NCBI RefSeq assembly: GCF_006345805.1
Contig: NW_021827323.1
Coordinates: forward strand, 1-10,706
Source: Octopus sinensis
Lineage: Eukaryota
Length of the DNA stretch: 10,706 bases
Direction: 5' to 3'
The notes beneath the pieces were generated by a model. That model was not told where the DNA came from. It did no database searches and saw only the letters and a list, made by a program, of their open reading frames with translations. Made by a program: the position numbers and the translations under genes. Numbering within the stretch: the first letter of the stretch is position 1; every line of letters starts with the position of its first letter. Positions 1 through 8,484 of the stretch are shown here, in pieces.

Positions 1-159
1 CTTCACAATCCCATAGACATGCATTGGTAACAGCGTGTCTTTGAGTGTCGAATCTCATCAGTTCCATCAGTGTGTATTATTAAGGAGCCAGCGGCAGGTA
101 TTCTTTGGTTCGTTTCGTATAAAATGATAGGGCATCTCTTATGTTTCTATATATATATT

Positions 160-161
<2 letters not shown>

Positions 162-189
<28 letters not shown>
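162..189. repeat. (TG)n microsatellite
   Basis: Direct dinucleotide run. Confidence 0.95.
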
Positions 190-191
<2 letters not shown>

Positions 192-322
192 TATACGCGT
201 ACATATACACACATACATAGAACCATCTATATATATGTGTGCGTCAAATAAGATTTGGGTAAAAGTATGCAAAACCCGTCCGCAGTTTTTGGCTACTTGA
301 TGTCATCATACAGTGAAACTGC

Positions 323-325
<3 letters not shown>

Positions 326-353
<28 letters not shown>

Positions 354-369
354 TGTGTGTGTGTGTGTG
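326..369. repeat. (GT)n microsatellite
   Basis: Direct dinucleotide run with one interruption. Confidence 0.95.
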
Positions 370-545
370 AGAATGTGTGCGTTTGTGAGTTAGTGTGTGT
401 ATATATATGTATATGAATACTTAGAGAGCAAAGTGTACGTACGCCGCTATATATATATATGTGTAGAAATTAAGCCTTCCGGCAGAGATACAGAACTTTC
501 ACAAACACTACTTATATACATTGTGTAAGAGTTGGTGTAGAGACT

Positions 546-607
546 AGATAGATTAGATAGATAGATAGAATAGATAGATATAGAGTGAGAGAGAGGGGGG
601 AGAGAGA
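546..607. repeat. Degenerate (GATA)n/(GA)n microsatellite
   Basis: tagatagattagatagatagatag... followed by GA runs. Confidence 0.85.
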
Positions 608-840
608 TTAATAAAAGACTAACCTTAAATAGTTTCGTATCCTATTTATAGAAATTAAAGAAATAATATTGAGAAGTCGATGGAATGGTTCGGAAAAATA
701 AAAAGAAGATCAAAGGAAAATGCTTCAAAGAATTAATCTAAAAATTGGCGAATTCTTGAAGTGTTGGAAATAAATGGATCGTAAAGAATTTAATGAAGAA
801 TTTGAACCTGTAAATGTTCCAGTAACTTGGAAATATTGGT

Positions 841-1036
841 CTCAAATTTTGGCGCAAGGCCAGCAATTTCAGAGTGAGGCGGATGTAAGTGTCCATGGCA
901 TCGACCCTAGTGATCACGTGGTACTTATTTTATCGAGGCAATGTCGATCCCGGCGGAATTTGAACTCAGACAGTAAAAACGGACGAAATGCTACGAAGTG
1001 TTTTGCCCGGCGCGATAACGATTCTGCCAGTTCGGC
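841..1036 (-). mobile_element. tRNA-derived SINE, near full length, Octopus-type
   Basis: Minus strand reads gccgaac-TGGCAGAATCG (Pol III A box, 1019-1029) ... GAGTTCAAATTCC (B box, 955-967) ... gataaaataagtacc ... ggggtcgat-like ... aaattgctggccttgcgccaaaatttgag. This matches from memory an abundant octopus SINE consensus, with an internal deletion. Confidence 0.85.
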
Positions 1037-1123
1037 ATTTTACTTCTTCGAAATATTGATTCATAGAATTTGTACCACTATGGGACTTCTGATTCCCTTA
1101 TGTATTATTCTACTTGTTGTGGC

Positions 1124-1197
<74 letters not shown>

Positions 1198-1234
1198 TTT
1201 TCTATGTATGTATGTATGTATGTATGTATGTATG

Positions 1235-1285
<51 letters not shown>

Positions 1286-1360
1286 GCATCTATCTATGTA
1301 TCTATATATCTATTTATCTGTCTATCTATCTATATCGATCTATCTATCTATCTATCTATC

Positions 1361-1397
<37 letters not shown>
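1124..1397. repeat. Compound (TCTA)n/(TGTA)n tetranucleotide microsatellite
   Basis: Direct repeat units. It produces the spurious YLSI/IYLS/SIYL and MYVC ORFs. Confidence 0.97.
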
Positions 1398-2753
1398 ACG
1401 CATTCTCTTTCGCTTCTTGTGGAAAAGATGCGTCCCGATGGTCAGGCGATCCATTTGCTGTCAACCACCCGTTAAAAGGAGGGCTTGGCATGCCGTGGTG
1501 ATGATGCGCAGACACGCGCTGAGACTGCGACATCTCCGGCTCTATGTAGACACGGTGAACAGGTGTGGTCGCCGTTTGTGAGGCACGCTTTCCCGCAAGC
1601 TCGTCTCCATGACCGAACTGCAGTCGTGGATCAAAAAGAGGCCGAAGAGGGCGAATGGCACCTGCGAGTGTCGCGTTGCTCTCAAGCAACTCTGCCGTCC
1701 CTGGGTCGACCTTGAGTGACTTCAACACACACCAAAGCATTCTATAGGGGTTTAGTGGAGGGGAGGTACGACGACGAGCTCGGGGCGAACCTGGACGTCG
1801 ACGAGGAGTACCTGACCCGCCTGTTCAGGACGACTTTCGGGCCAGGGCCCATGGACAACTTCCAGAGATCCCTGGCCTGGCAGTGCTACCGAGAAGCGCT
1901 ACCCGTTCGGGATAAGCTCTACAGACACGGCTCGAAAACACGGGGCCGACCTGCCCGAGATGCGGTCAGAGCGACGAAACCGTTCTGCACGCACTCGTGC
2001 ATGTCCAACAATTTCCGACTGTGGGCTTATGTCGAAACAACTGCTGTCACGTGTGGGACGAGTCGGTTTATCAGTGAGTCTATCGTCAATATTTTGTCAC
2101 GACGCCTCCTTCCTTCAACGGAAGGAAGAGCTATTTCATCATCCTTGTGGCTATGGCGAAAGAATGTATCTGGTGGACGCGTCTGAAAGGATTGGAGACA
2201 AACACTTTCCTCTCTGGTCAATCTCTCATCAACTTCTTCAAGTACCACTTGAAAGGAAAGTGAGAGTAAGAGGCAAGGTTTTGTCTAGCGAATGTTTTAA
2301 AAAAGATGGGCGAATGTAGCAAGAATGGCACGTATGAATGACGAAGCCACCTTGAGCATGATCATATGAACCCAGAAATTGAAAACAGAGAGTTCTTATT
2401 TGCAAAAAAAAAAAAAAAAAAAAGAATATAACATGTGACTCCATTGACCGAGGTTACCGTGGTCTTTTCCGCAGGCTTTTCTTTCCACGGGCAAACCTCA
2501 CCTGTCCTCCCCTTTACACTTCATATTGACATTTCTGTGATAACGATCCCTATTGATCAAATTTTTTTTCTTTTTTTTTTCCTCTCCCCCTTTTTTTTTA
2601 ACCCACCTTTTTTTGTCCTCTTTCTCTTCTTTTACGATCCCTTTTGATCGAAACTCCCCCTTCCTTTTTTTTTTTTTTAAACCTTCAAAAGAAAAGCTCT
2701 ACCTTGTAATTTGTTCTATCTGTGTGCAGCCCTGTGTGGCTAATAAAGAAACA
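1398..2753 (+). mobile_element. 5'-truncated L1/Tx1-clade non-LTR retrotransposon (ORF2 C-terminal part plus 3' UTR)
   Basis: GC-rich block starting abruptly after the microsatellite. Across frameshifts it encodes the post-RT motif LFRFLWK...VRRSICCQPP.KGGLGMPW, then LAWQCYREALPVRDKL and a CX2CX8HX4C knuckle (CPRCGQSDETVLHALV-x-C, 1952-2004). Stop at 2367-2369, pyrimidine-rich 3' UTR, AATAAA at 2742-2747. Confidence 0.85.
1399..2369 (+). pseudogene. Frameshifted ORF2 C-terminus (zf-RVT / CCHC region) of the Tx1/L1-like LINE
   Basis: Motifs are spread over ORFs 1114..1581, 1070..1501, 1485..1715, 1716..2186 and 1960..2319. Several single-base indels, for example gtg-ca-tgt at 1997-2004 inside the CCHC. 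Confidence 0.8.
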
Positions 2754-2780
2754 TATCTATCTATCCATCCATCCATCCAC
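2754..2780. repeat. (TATC)n to (CCAT)n short microsatellite at the 3' junction of the LINE
   Basis: tatctatctatccatccatccatccac directly after aataaagaaaca. Confidence 0.85.
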
Positions 2781-3275
2781 TTATCAACCATAGTTGTTAA
2801 ACTTTTCAGAATCAAAGACATAGTATGCATTGGTCTAAACAATACATACAGCTAAGTATATTAAAAAATGGCGGAGGATTAGCTGAGAGAAAATCACCAT
2901 TACTACGGGTCTGTCTCCATAGGCGCCATTTTAATGGCCGTATAAAAAATGGAGGGTTTTCCTTTCTCAGACTGTATTATGAATTCTATGAAATAAAATA
3001 GGAAATATATAAATTAAGGATATGAAAATATAAATATATAAATATAAACACACTGACACACATACACACACACACACACATTTATATCGTCGCAGAAAAG
3101 TAAGTAAATATAAATTAAAAATATAAAAACATCCATAATATATATATATATATCTATATATATATATTATATCTATATATATGATATCAATTGATACTTG
3201 CCCACCAAGTGTGGATATATATGAATTATCTCATGTCAAAAAATAGAAAAGAAACTAAAATAATTTTATAGTGAA

Positions 3276-3323
3276 CATTTCAGTACCGGTTTCGGTCATT
3301 TTGAGACCTTTTCAACTGTAACG
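3276..3323 (-). ncRNA. Minimal type I hammerhead ribozyme (U3-A8 core variant) in the PLE 3' end
   Basis: Minus strand reads cgtt-a-cag UUGAAAA ggtc-tcaaaat-gacc GAAA ccgg U A ctg-a-aatg. Stem I cag/ctg, stem II ggtc/gacc, palindromic stem III ACCGGU, GUA cleavage triplet. Identical to the copy at 6263-6310. Confidence 0.75.
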
Positions 3324-3668
3324 ATTAAATAATTAAATTTAGAAAAATTAGAAAAAAGTTTTTTTAAAAGAATATTTCTATAGTAGTGTTCAGATTTAAG
3401 TGGCATTCTGCCTTTCTCTGACTCCCTTGTTTGCACTTGTGTGTTGGGGGTCGTTGTGATTCTTGGTAGGGTAGTAGAGGAAGAAGGCTGGTGAGGAAAG
3501 TGGGTGGGAGAATCTGGGAGTGCCCTGATGGTCGTATTTTGAATGGTCAGTGGCGGCTGGCAGTCTCAGTTCAATTCAGGAGAATATTTATATTGACAGG
3601 CTTGTTTATAGAATTAGCGTAGTGTTATACTAAAAAACATTAGTGACAAAGTTAAGGGGTAGGGGGTG

Positions 3669-3899
3669 GAGAAGTAGAAGAAGAAGAAGAAGAAGAAGGA
3701 GAAGGAGAAGATGACGATGATGGTGATGGTGGTGATGATTATGACGACGATGATGATGATAATGATGATGATGAAGAAGAAGAAGAAGAGAGGAGGAGAG
3801 GAGAAGATGGTGGTGATGATGGTGGTGATGATGATGACGACGATGATGATGATGATTAATGATGAAGAAGAAGAAGGAAGAAGAAGAAGAAGAAAAAAA
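3669..3899. repeat. Compound (GAA)n/(GAT)n/(GGT) trinucleotide tract inside the PLE 3' UTR, left arm
   Basis: Direct repeat units, mirrored at 5663-5914. Confidence 0.92.
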
Positions 3900-4022
3900 C
3901 AGAGAAGGAGAGAATATGAATGGGTGTAAGTATAGCTATGAAGGGCTTGATTAGTAATGGATTCTATGGAGTGTATATTTGTGTGTGTATATATATTTTT
4001 CTTTTATTCTAAGTTGAGTATA

Positions 4023-5349
4023 TTAATTGTTTGTCGTAGACCCGTTAAGAAGTGGCTTGTATTTTGTAATAAAGAGATTTTCTTTACTTATTCGTTGTCT
4101 CGAGGTTGTATCGTCCCTAAATTGGTAGAGGGGGAAAATTCTGAAGTTTGGTGTTTTTTTGTTGGCGCAAGTATCTATGTGTTGGCTAAAAGCTATTTTT
4201 CTGTTTTGGGGAATTTTTATCTGGGATCTGTGCAGGGCCATTCGTTTACGCAAACCATTTTTTGTTTGGCCTATGTACTGCTCTTGACACCCGGAGCAGT
4301 TAGTGAGTATATTAGGTTCTCTCGAAGCACATGTGAAGTTGCTTTTCACTGTAACCGTTGTCCCTGTTTGAAGGAGAACTCTGATCCCTCAATTAGATAG
4401 TCGCATATCCCGCAATTGGGTCTTCCACATTTTTTTACTGTCGGCTTCTGTGTTGAAGAGTGAATTCGGGCTTGTGTAAGGAGACTTTTCATGGATCTAG
4501 GCTGTCTTTTGCTTTTTATGATCGTGTGTGTTTGGAGGATTGTGTTCATTCTATGGTCTTTTTTTAGGAGGGGTATGTTGTGGAGGATGGTGTCGAAGGC
4601 TTCGTTATTGAGAGGGTTGTGTGTGGAGATGTATGGTAAGGCTTTTGGTTGTAAGTTTTTCTTTGATTTGGGATGTCTCAGTTCCTTGATGTTAATTGAA
4701 GGGCACGTTGAATGCACTTGTCAATAAGTGAAGGTGGATAGTTCCTGGTGATTAGGGTATCTTTTAGTTCTTGTAGTCGTGTGTCTCTGGTGTTTGCGTT
4801 AGAGACTATAGTGCATATCCTTTTGCTAGATTGAAGGGGATATTCATCCTGGTGTGTCTGGGGTGGCATGAATTGAATGGAAGATATTGCTTAGAGTCTG
4901 TAGGCTATAGTATATGTCTGTTTCTATTATATTATTAGCTTTCTTAATGAGGATATCGAGGAAGGGGAGTTGTTGTTGGCTATATTCCATCGTGAATTGG
5001 ATTTTACGTCCAATCCGTTTAAAATTTTCTGGAATTCTATGAGTTTTTCTATATTTTTATGCCAAAGGATGAAACAGTCATCTAGATATCTCTTCCAGTT
5101 GTTTTCTATGTAGATGGAGAAAGGGCTGCCATATCTTTCTAGAACCTTACGATACAGACTGATCTCTAGGTATCCTATGACTAGGTTGGCAAAGGAGGGG
5201 GCCATTCGTGTACCCATCGCAGTCCCCGATTTTTGTCGGTAGAAGTTGTCATTGAAGGCGAAGAAGTTATTTTCCAGGATGAATTTAACCCCTTCTATCA
5301 CAAATTCTTTTTTGATGCGGTGTGGTAGTTCGTTGGCGTGATTCTCTAG
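4023..5349 (-). pseudogene. Penelope RT-GIY-YIG polyprotein, N-terminally truncated and frameshifted
   Basis: Four sequential minus-strand ORF pieces (4927..5349, 4678..4869, 4346..4717, 4023..4349) form one collinear PLE protein. Confidence 0.9.
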
Positions 5350-5662
5350 CCAAAACAGAAAAATAGCTTTTAGCCAACACATAGATACTTGCGCCAACAA
5401 AAAAACACCAAACTTCAGAATTTTCCCCCTCTACAAATTTAGGGACGATACAACCTAGAGACAACGAATAAGTAAAGAAAATCTCTTTATTACAAAATAC
5501 AAGCCACTTCTTAACGGGTCTACGACAAACAATTAATATATCTCAACTTTAGAATAAAAGAAAAATATATATACACACACAAATATTACACTCCATAGAA
5601 TCCATTACTAATCAGCCCCTTCATAGCTATACTTAAACCCCATTCATATTCTCCCTTCTCTG

Positions 5663-5914
5663 TTTTTTCTTCTTCTCTTCTTCTTCCTCTTCTTCTTCAT
5701 CATCATCATTATCATCATCATCGCCGTCATCATCATCACCACCATCATCATCACCATCTTCTCCTTCTCCTCCTTCTTCTCCTTCTCCTCCTTTCTTCTT
5801 CTTCTTCTTCTTCATCATTATCATCATCATCGTCGTCATAATCATCACCACCATCACCATCATCGTCATCTTCTCCTTCTCCTTCTTCTTCTTCTTCTTC
5901 TTCTTCTACTTCTC
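5663..5914. repeat. Compound (CTT)n/(CAT)n tract inside the PLE 3' UTR, right arm
   Basis: Reverse complement of 3669-3899 with length variation. Confidence 0.92.
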
Positions 5915-6262
5915 CACCCCCTACCCCTTAACTTTGTCACTAATGTTTTTTAGTATAACACCTACGCTAATTCTATAAACAAGCCTGTCAATATAAATAT
6001 TCTCCTGAATTGAACTGAGACTGCCAGCCGCCACTGACCATTCAAAATACGACCATCAGGGCACTCCCAGATTCTCCCACCCCCTTTCCTCACCAGCCTT
6101 CTTCCTCTACTACCCTACCAAGAACTCACAACGACCCCCAACACACAAGTGCAAACAAGGGAGTCAGAGAAAGGCAGAATGCCACTTAAATCTGAACACT
6201 ACTATAGAAATATTCTTTTAAAAAAACTTTTCTTCTAATTTTTCTAAATTTAATTATTTAAT

Positions 6263-6310
6263 CGTTACAGTTGAAAAGGTCTCAAAATGACCGAAACCGG
6301 TACTGAAATG
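6263..6310 (+). ncRNA. Minimal type I hammerhead ribozyme (U3-A8 core variant), right arm
   Basis: cag(6268-70) TTGAAAA(6271-77) ggtc(6278-81) loop gacc(6289-92) GAAA(6293-96) ccgg T A(6302) ctg(6303-05). Predicted cleavage after 6302. Confidence 0.75.
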
Positions 6311-7067
6311 TTCACTATAAAATTATTTTAGCATTTTCTATTTTTGACTTGTTTTTTCATATATATATATATATATATACATACACACATACAGTGTGTA
6401 CATTGCGTGTGTATGTGTATGGATGGACGATTGGATAAAAGAAAGAATATGGAATGAAAATGTAAACATAAATATAAATACTATTGTCAAAATATGAAGA
6501 ATAAATATAAAAAAATAAAAATTATAAGTAGAAAAATTATAAAGTATATACAAAAATTATAAATATAAACTACTTGTATGTGTGTGTGTTTATGTGTGTG
6601 TGTGTGTGTACATATATCTTAAACTGAGCGTCAAACTAATACAATCACTGTGTACGTCACTTTGACATTTGTTGTTTTTGCTTTTATTTTTATTTTCGAT
6701 TTGTTATATATATATATATATATATATTCATAATACTAAAAGTTTAGATCTTTGATTGTTCCCGAAATATCTCAGAAATAGTATATTTTATCTTAACTTT
6801 TTTTCATATATATTTTCATAATCATTTTATGCAGTGCAGTATGAGGTTTCGTGATATTTGGAGCTCTATTTATTAATGAAAACGATTAAACACAATTTTT
6901 GTTATTTCTTGACGAAAAATAAAACATAGCTTCCGTGACGACAACACACACACACATACAGAATACACACACATATAGTGAGTTTTATGACATGTAAATC
7001 AACACAAACACACGTACCCTATCTGTGACATACACACATATATTCTTCGCGCTCTCTCTTTATCACT

Positions 7068-7876
7068 CTCCAAGAAAAAAGTCGACGAGCGACTATTGAT
7101 GAGATGGCCAGTTCTCTGCAAATTAGCCATGGTCCTGAATATCAAATCACCCACGAGAAATATTGTTTCTGTAAAGTCTGTGAGAGGTGGGTGCCAAGAG
7201 AGGTTACTGATGCACATAAGCTTGTGGAGATCTGTCGACGCTCACCCAACCATGACAACGATGAAGGCAAGGCCTTTTTGGAGAGGAGAATCACAAGAGA
7301 TGAGACCTGGGTCCTTTACTTTGAACCAGAATCCAAAAGGCAGACTATGAAGTGTAAAAAACCGAAATCGTCTGTGAAGAAAGAAATACAAGACTCAACC
7401 TTCGGTAGAAGAACTGATGCTGACCGTTTTTTGGGACACAGCAGGGTCTATACTGGAACATTACCTAGAAAGGGACTTAGAGTCACCAGTGCAGGCTACA
7501 CTGAAATGCTGGTCAACAAAGCGAAAACAGAATTTCGCACCAAACGCCGAGGTGTATTGTCAAAGCAAATATTATTGTTGCACGAAAATGTACGCACACA
7601 TACGGCCGCTACACCGTGGAAACCATTGAAAAATCGGGCATCAAGTTGGTAAAACACCATGCGTACATTCCAGAGTTCGCCGCTTCCAATTACTGCCTCT
7701 GTAGGCCGTTCAAACATCCTTTCCGAGATTGTCGATTTGCTAAGGACGAAGAATTGGAGGGTGCTGTGCGTAAATGGTTGCACGATTAGCCGAAAATCCT
7801 TTTCTCTGATGGAATAACCAAGCTTGTGCACCACTGGAAGAGGTGCATTGAAGGAAATGAAGGGTCCATCGAAAAG
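7068..7876 (+). pseudogene. Mariner transposase pseudogene
   Basis: D1 intact (7299-7301), D2 codon reads E (7584-7586), D3 codon reads N (7688-7690). The 104-nt D2-D3 spacing equals D34D after restoring one deleted base. Several frameshifts and an in-frame TAG. Confidence 0.85.
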
Positions 7877-7948
7877 GATTCAATTGTTCAATGCCGGCTT
7901 TTATTTTACAGAAACAAGAGTACGCATAAATTTTGATTTATTTTCGTG
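7068..7948 (+). mobile_element. Decayed mariner (Tc1/mariner, DD34D) transposon, 5' part missing
   Basis: Motifs RRATIDEMA..LQISHG, KVCERWVPRE, ITRDETWVLYFEPESKRQ, MLTVFWD..G.ILEHYL, LLLHENVRTH, HHAYIPEFAASNY (= HPPYSPDLAPSDY) and GITKLVHHWKRCIE...EK. Possible degenerate 3' TIR cataaattttgatttattttcgt at ~7925-7947. Confidence 0.88.
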
Positions 7949-7949
7949 A

Positions 7950-8302
<353 letters not shown>

Positions 8303-8310
8303 GGATTGTA

Positions 8311-8484
8311 TTTGTCCCCCACCTTCGCTTGACAACCAATGTTGGTTTGTTTACGACCCGCAAAAGAGGCCGCTAGTATAAGTACCAGGCTAAAAAAAAA
8401 ACGCACTGGAGTCGAATCGTTCCATTAAACCCTTCAAGGCAATGCTCCAGTATGGCGGCAGTCAAATAACTGAAACAAATGAAT
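8311..8484 (+). mobile_element. 3' half of an Octopus-type CORE-like SINE
   Basis: tttgtccccc...cgcttgacaacc.atgttggt.tgtttacg...gcaaaagag.ccg.tag.ataagtac.aggct...ggcaatgctccagtatggc.gcagtcaaat.actgaaacaa matches from memory the segment that follows the internal microsatellite of this SINE family. Confidence 0.7.

Larger units (their letters stand above)
3235..5349 (-). mobile_element. 5'-truncated Penelope-like element (RT plus GIY-YIG endonuclease, ~790 bp 3' UTR/pLTR)
   Basis: Minus-strand translations give the PLE RT motifs YRQKSGTAMGTRMAPSFANL and WKRYLDDCFILW, the thumb-like RICTIVSN...RLQELK...RNYP, the Zn-linker KCGRPNCGIC, and the GIY-YIG region C..CQEQYIGQT....RKRMALH...SQH...KENLFITKYKP. 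Stop at 4023-4025. Confidence 0.93.
5350..6348 (+). mobile_element. Inverted copy of the 3' ~1 kb of the same Penelope-like element (inverted pLTR)
   Basis: Reverse complement of 3235-4209 with only scattered substitutions and indels. ccaaaacagaaaaatagc at 5350 pairs with 4192-4209, and aaggtctcaaaatgaccgaaaccggtactgaaatgttcactataaaattattttag near 6276-6331 pairs with ~3255-3310. Confidence 0.95.

Noticed and set aside
20-70. CTGATGA (minus strand, 55-61) as a canonical hammerhead core
   Set aside because: No stem II followed by GAAA and no stem III/NUH site downstream.
774-1581. Long ORFs 774..1475, 1070..1501 and 1114..1581 as protein-coding genes
   Set aside because: They read through a SINE and a stop-free tetranucleotide repeat (YLSI/MYVC). 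Only their last codons reflect the LINE ORF2 remnant.
1390-2248. Minus-strand ORFs 1390..1740 and 2027..2248
   Set aside because: Antisense to the GC-rich LINE ORF2 remnant, where open frames are expected by chance.
2404-2423. A20 run as the LINE poly(A) tail
   Set aside because: UTR-like sequence continues for ~330 bp to an AATAAA at 2742-2747 and the microsatellite junction, so the run is more likely internal. This is not proven without a consensus.
3711-3929. Met/Lys/Glu-rich ORF and its mirror at 5633..5869
   Set aside because: Translation of the trinucleotide tract in the PLE 3' UTR.
3957-4727. Plus-strand ORFs 3957..4400 and 4491..4727
   Set aside because: Antisense shadows of the Penelope coding region with no recognisable motifs.
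5350-5400. N-terminus MLAQVSMCWLKAIFLF of ORF 4927..5400 as the true RT start
   Set aside because: It is the antisense of the inverted arm read across the inversion junction.
3215-6365. Target-site duplication around the Penelope palindrome
   Set aside because: The flanks (gaattatctcat and ttgttttttcat) do not form a direct repeat adjacent to both ends.
6830-7067. 5' terminal inverted repeat of the mariner
   Set aside because: No convincing complement to the putative 3' TIR. The transposase homology simply begins near 7068.
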